Source: Bacilli bacterium (lineage in GTDB: Bacteria; Bacillota_I; Bacilli_A; RFN20; CAG-826). Taken from it: a stretch of DNA of 64,000 bases. Numbering within the stretch: position 1 is the first letter of the stretch; every line of letters starts with the position of its first letter. This document shows positions 60,672 to 64,000 of this stretch, one piece after another. The notes beneath the pieces were generated by a model. It searched no databases. It saw only the letters and a list, made by a program, of their open reading frames with translations, and was not told the origin of the DNA. Both the position numbers and the translations under genes were made by a program. Where the stretch lies: contig JAKSVF010000001.1 of NCBI GenBank assembly GCA_024408235.1, positions 29,417 to 93,416 on the forward strand, in the 5' to 3' direction.

Positions 60672-61654
60672 TCATAATGAATAACCTCCAAAAATCTATA
60701 ATCAGAATCCTTCAGCAAAAGAAGGAATGCTCAAGAAAAGAGCTCTCTTCTTTGCTGTCGGTTACGCCAGCTGCAATCACCCTTGCAACAGGACCTCTTT
60801 TAGATGGCGGATTCATCGAACAATTGCATGAAGTATCTAGAGAAAAAGCAGGCCGAAAAGAGGTTATGTTATCGGTCAATGCAGATTCATTTTTCGCCAT
60901 TGGAATCGACGTAAATGATGATGGCATTTCACTTGTTAAACTTAATGGTCGTCTTGAAGTTACTCAATTAATTGAGTTATCTACTATTAAAGAACTAATC
61001 GTTGCTTTAGATAGGTTCGATTTATCTCTATGCATCGGCATCTCTATTTCACTTAAATCGTTCTATAGCGTTGAGCATATAAATAACGATGTTCAGACTC
61101 TCCTTAACCATTTAAAAACCATCAACGAAAATGTTACGCTGATCAACAATATTGCTGCCCTTGCTTACGCTTACAAAATGCGTAATCCTCAGGATGAGAG
61201 TTTCGTCGTTATTAAATATGGACCAGGCGTTGGCTCTGCATGTTTTATCAAGAACCATTTGCTCCAGTCTCCTTCAAACCCAACATATGAACTCGGAAAG
61301 GTTTTCCTTAATGATCGCCTGGTTACTATTGAAGAGGCTATCGGATATAAGTCGATCAGCGATTCTAAGCCTGAGGCTCTTGCTCTTTTGAGAACGGATG
61401 AAAACGTTAGAGCGCGAGTGCTGAAAGTTCTCGGCTTTACCATCCATAACGTGAACACTCTTTTGCAATTGGATAAGGTCCTTGTTTCTGGAGACATCTT
61501 CAAAGACGATAGAATCTTCAATGAGCTGTTGGAGAAAATACCAATGACTGATGAGGAGAAGGCAAAAGTAACAAGAATGAGTGACTATGCTGAATTGAAT
61601 AAAGCCAAATCCGCACTGACCGCTCAGTACTTATTCTTTAACGGTGATAAGTAA
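60668..61654 (+). CDS. ROK-family protein with an N-terminal winged-helix region (NagC/XylR-type regulator)
   Basis: N-terminal wHTH-like segment IIRILQQKKECSRKELSSLL and an ASKHA/ROK-like core. It lacks an obvious Zn Cys motif. The start is either the ATGA overlap at 60668 or 60677. Confidence 0.55.
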   Translation: MIIMNNLQKSIIRILQQKKECSRKELSSLLSVTPAAITLATGPLLDGGFIEQLHEVSREKAGRKEVMLSVNADSFFAIGIDVNDDGISLVKLNGRLEVTQLIELSTIKELIVALDRFDLSLCIGISISLKSFYSVEHINNDVQTLLNHLKTINENVTLINNIAALAYAYKMRNPQDESFVVIKYGPGVGSACFIKNHLLQSPSNPTYELGKVFLNDRLVTIEEAIGYKSISDSKPEALALLRTDENVRARVLKVLGFTIHNVNTLLQLDKVLVSGDIFKDDRIFNELLEKIPMTDEEKAKVTRMSDYAELNKAKSALTAQYLFFNGDK

Positions 61655-61684
61655 TCATAAATGATTGAGGTATAATATAGAAAA

Positions 61685-63349
61685 ATGGAACACACTAATT
61701 GGTACAAGGATGCTGTTATCTACCAGATTTATCCACGTTCATTTTGCGACAGGAATGGAGATGGAGTAGGTGATATACCTGGCATTATTTCAAAACTAGA
61801 TTACTTAAAGGACCTCGGAGTGAACTGCGTATGGCTTTCTCCTGTTTACGATTCGCCACAAGAGGACAACGGTTACGATATCGCTAATTACCGTGATATC
61901 TATAAGCCTTTCGGAACTCTTAAGGACTTTACTATGATGCTCGATGAAATGCATAAAAGGGGCATCCGTTTAGTCATGGATTTGGTCGTTAATCACACAT
62001 CCAGCGAACATGAGTGGTTCAAGAGCGCTATTTCGGACAAGAATTCGCCATACCGTGACTATTACATAATCAGAAAAGGTAAAGGCAAAAATGGAAAGAA
62101 GCCACCTAATAACTGGTCCGGATTCTTTGCTGAATCAACTTGGGAAAGGATTGGCGAGAGTGATGAATGGTATTTACATCTCTTCGCAAAAGGCCAGCCT
62201 GACCTCAACTGGGAAAACCCAAAGGTAAGAGAGGAAGTCAAAGATATCTTGAGATATTGGTTAGATATGGGTGTTGATGGCTTTAGATGCGATGTCATAA
62301 CCCTCATTTCCAAGAAACAGGATTTCAAGTCTAGATTCCCGACCCTCGCTTTATGCGGTAAAGACGCTTTTGTAATGGGTCCAAGACTTCATGAATACCT
62401 ACATGACTTATATAAAGACGTCTATGCGAACTATGATTGCATGACAGTCGGAGAAACGGTTCTTTCAAGTCTCGACGATGCCATTAGTCTTGTATCGCCG
62501 GAAAGAGAAGAACTTGATATGGTGTTCAACTTTGACCATACGGATGTCGATAACCATATGGGCGTTAAGTGGCTTTATAGAAAATTCAAACTCACGAACC
62601 TCAAAAAGGCGGTCCGCAAATGGCAAATCGGTTTAAAAGGCAAGGGCTGGAACTCTCTATTCATCGAAAATCATGACCAAAGAAGGTCAGTAGGGCGTTT
62701 CGGAACTGACGACAAGGAATTCCGCGTCATCTCAAGCAAAATGCTCTCAGCGACCTATTTCTTGCTTCAGGGAACGCCATTCATTTACCAGGGTCAAGAA
62801 CTTGGAATGACAAATGGAGATTTCGAATCAATCGATGATGTTGTAGATGTGGAGGCCCATAACGTTTACAAGCTAGGGCAGTCACTCCCAATACTTAAAC
62901 CGTTCCTTAAAAAGACATTAATGTCTTGCAACAGAGATAATGCAAGAACGCCTGTTCAGTGGGATGACTCACGCTATGCAGGATTCTCAGAAGCCAAGCC
63001 TTGGCTAAAGGTGAATAAGAATAAGAGTTTCATCAATGCAGAGGCAGCGATAAAAGATCCTGACTCAACTTACAATTTCTTCAAGAAGATAATTGAATTC
63101 AGAAAAGGAAATGATGTTATTAAAAACGGTGATTACATCGACCTGCTCCCTAGAAACAATTCCGTCTATGCCTATGTTAGAAAACTGGCTGATAAAGAAG
63201 TGGTTGTTATATCTAATTTCACGAATAAGAGACTCTCTTGCAAAATCCTTAAGGATTATAAGAAATACAATATTGTTTTGACAAATTATGTCGAAAAAGA
63301 AGATGATTATCTCAAACCATATGAGACAAGAGTCTTAATTAATTATTAA
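61685..63349 (+). CDS. GH13 alpha-glucosidase (oligo-1,6-glucosidase / trehalose-6-P hydrolase subfamily)
   Basis: YQIYPRSF, VMDLVVNHTS, GVDGFRCDVI, IENHDQRR catalytic-region motifs; 554 aa. Confidence 0.85.
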   Translation: MEHTNWYKDAVIYQIYPRSFCDRNGDGVGDIPGIISKLDYLKDLGVNCVWLSPVYDSPQEDNGYDIANYRDIYKPFGTLKDFTMMLDEMHKRGIRLVMDLVVNHTSSEHEWFKSAISDKNSPYRDYYIIRKGKGKNGKKPPNNWSGFFAESTWERIGESDEWYLHLFAKGQPDLNWENPKVREEVKDILRYWLDMGVDGFRCDVITLISKKQDFKSRFPTLALCGKDAFVMGPRLHEYLHDLYKDVYANYDCMTVGETVLSSLDDAISLVSPEREELDMVFNFDHTDVDNHMGVKWLYRKFKLTNLKKAVRKWQIGLKGKGWNSLFIENHDQRRSVGRFGTDDKEFRVISSKMLSATYFLLQGTPFIYQGQELGMTNGDFESIDDVVDVEAHNVYKLGQSLPILKPFLKKTLMSCNRDNARTPVQWDDSRYAGFSEAKPWLKVNKNKSFINAEAAIKDPDSTYNFFKKIIEFRKGNDVIKNGDYIDLLPRNNSVYAYVRKLADKEVVVISNFTNKRLSCKILKDYKKYNIVLTNYVEKEDDYLKPYETRVLINY

Positions 63350-63372
63350 TGTAGCCAATAGGAGGTACTTTT

Positions 63373-64000
63373 ATGGCATTACATGATACATATGATGGAA
63401 GCTTGGTTCCTAAAAGAACAAAAGGCTTCTACTGCGGTATTGCTCCGTTTAGAGACGCATGCTACACGCTGGTCTCGATGTTCCTTATCGCATTCATCCA
63501 GTACTCTGGCGTTCTTACTAGAGGACTTGGCGCGGGGGCAACTCAGGCCGAGAAGACAGCGATGTTCGTCGCTGCGTATGGCGTTATTTCCGCATTAGTA
63601 ATCGGATATCGAATCTTCGACGCTTTAAATGATCCATTCATGGGCGTCATCATCGAGAAGATTCACTTCAAATCCGGCAAATATAAACCATGGATTCTCC
63701 TTGGCGGCTTAACTAACACAATCGTTGTTCTCGCTCTATTCTGCGGACCAACAATCTTCCCATGGCTTTCAGGCTGGGCATATGTAGCCTGGTTCGCTGT
63801 TTTCTATCTCCTTTGGGGACTGACATTCACAATGAACGACATCGCTTATTGGGGTATGCTTCCATCCCTAACTTCAGAAGAAAAGCAGAGAACACAGATC
63901 ACAACTCTCATGTCCATCTGCTGTTCGCTTGGACAATTCCTTGTAGCAGGACTTGCTCCAATCCTTGCTTCAAGCATGGGCTATGGAATCTATGTTCCGA
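63373..64000 (+). CDS. Second GPH-family symporter, 3'-partial (runs off the window)
   Basis: GGAGG RBS at 63361 and an ATG at 63373. Translation YRIFDALNDPFMGVIIEK... shows the GPH signature. The ORF-track entry 63383..63598 is in another frame and was rejected. Confidence 0.7.
   Translation, partial: MALHDTYDGSLVPKRTKGFYCGIAPFRDACYTLVSMFLIAFIQYSGVLTRGLGAGATQAEKTAMFVAAYGVISALVIGYRIFDALNDPFMGVIIEKIHFKSGKYKPWILLGGLTNTIVVLALFCGPTIFPWLSGWAYVAWFAVFYLLWGLTFTMNDIAYWGMLPSLTSEEKQRTQITTLMSICCSLGQFLVAGLAPILASSMGYGIYVP

Noticed and set aside
63383-63598. 71-aa ORF in the track
   Set aside because: It is in the wrong frame. The real gene is a GPH transporter starting at 63373 (GGAGG RBS) and running off the window.

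Overview
This is a 64-kb chromosomal segment from a low-GC bacterium that uses the standard genetic code: TGA ends several genes and the long ORFs are intact, so it is not a Mycoplasma-type code. Gene content and order look Firmicutes-like and reduced, in the manner of Erysipelotrichia or Acholeplasma. Nearly everything is on the + strand and densely packed. From 5' to 3' the window contains the following.

- The 3' 5.1 kb of a giant acidic protein built from about six tandem repeats of roughly 200 aa; its 5' end lies outside the window.
- yigZ-like, an Xaa-Pro aminopeptidase, glpK, and addB-addA followed by a tightly coupled unknown third gene.
- A minus-strand gene encoding a uridine-kinase fusion with a threonyl-tRNA-synthetase-like (TGS) N-terminal domain.
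- pncA.
- A complete F1F0 ATP synthase operon (atpI-like, atpBEFHAGDC) with an ATP-grasp gene appended.
- A thioredoxin-motif lipoprotein, ppa, rqcH and gmk.
- The conserved gmk-priA...sun-rlmN-stp-stk-rpe block, with rpoZ, coaBC, def, fmt and rsgA missing and with a Sun/RsmB homologue that appears catalytically dead.
- rpmB, glgCDA, leuS, gdhA, coaX plus an ECF S-component, pepV, trmB, a ytpR-like gene, pncB, and a TRIC-like channel.
- A roughly 12-kb carbohydrate locus. Its core is a LacI regulator, a GPH symporter, a YihQ-family GH31 glycosidase, an FSA/TalC-type transaldolase, a 3-hydroxyisobutyrate-dehydrogenase-family reductase, a FucI-like isomerase and a TSUP/TauE exporter. It is followed by a ROK regulator, a GH13 alpha-glucosidase and a second GPH symporter that is cut by the window end.

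This carbohydrate locus is the most interesting part. Its content matches a kinase-free, transaldolase-type sulfoglycolysis (sulfo-TAL-like) route with a reductive end step. However, by recollection the glycosidase carries Gln where the sulfonate-binding Arg of characterised sulfoquinovosidases sits.

No rRNA, tRNA, CRISPR array or mobile element was found. Several intrinsic terminators and operator-like palindromes are reported.
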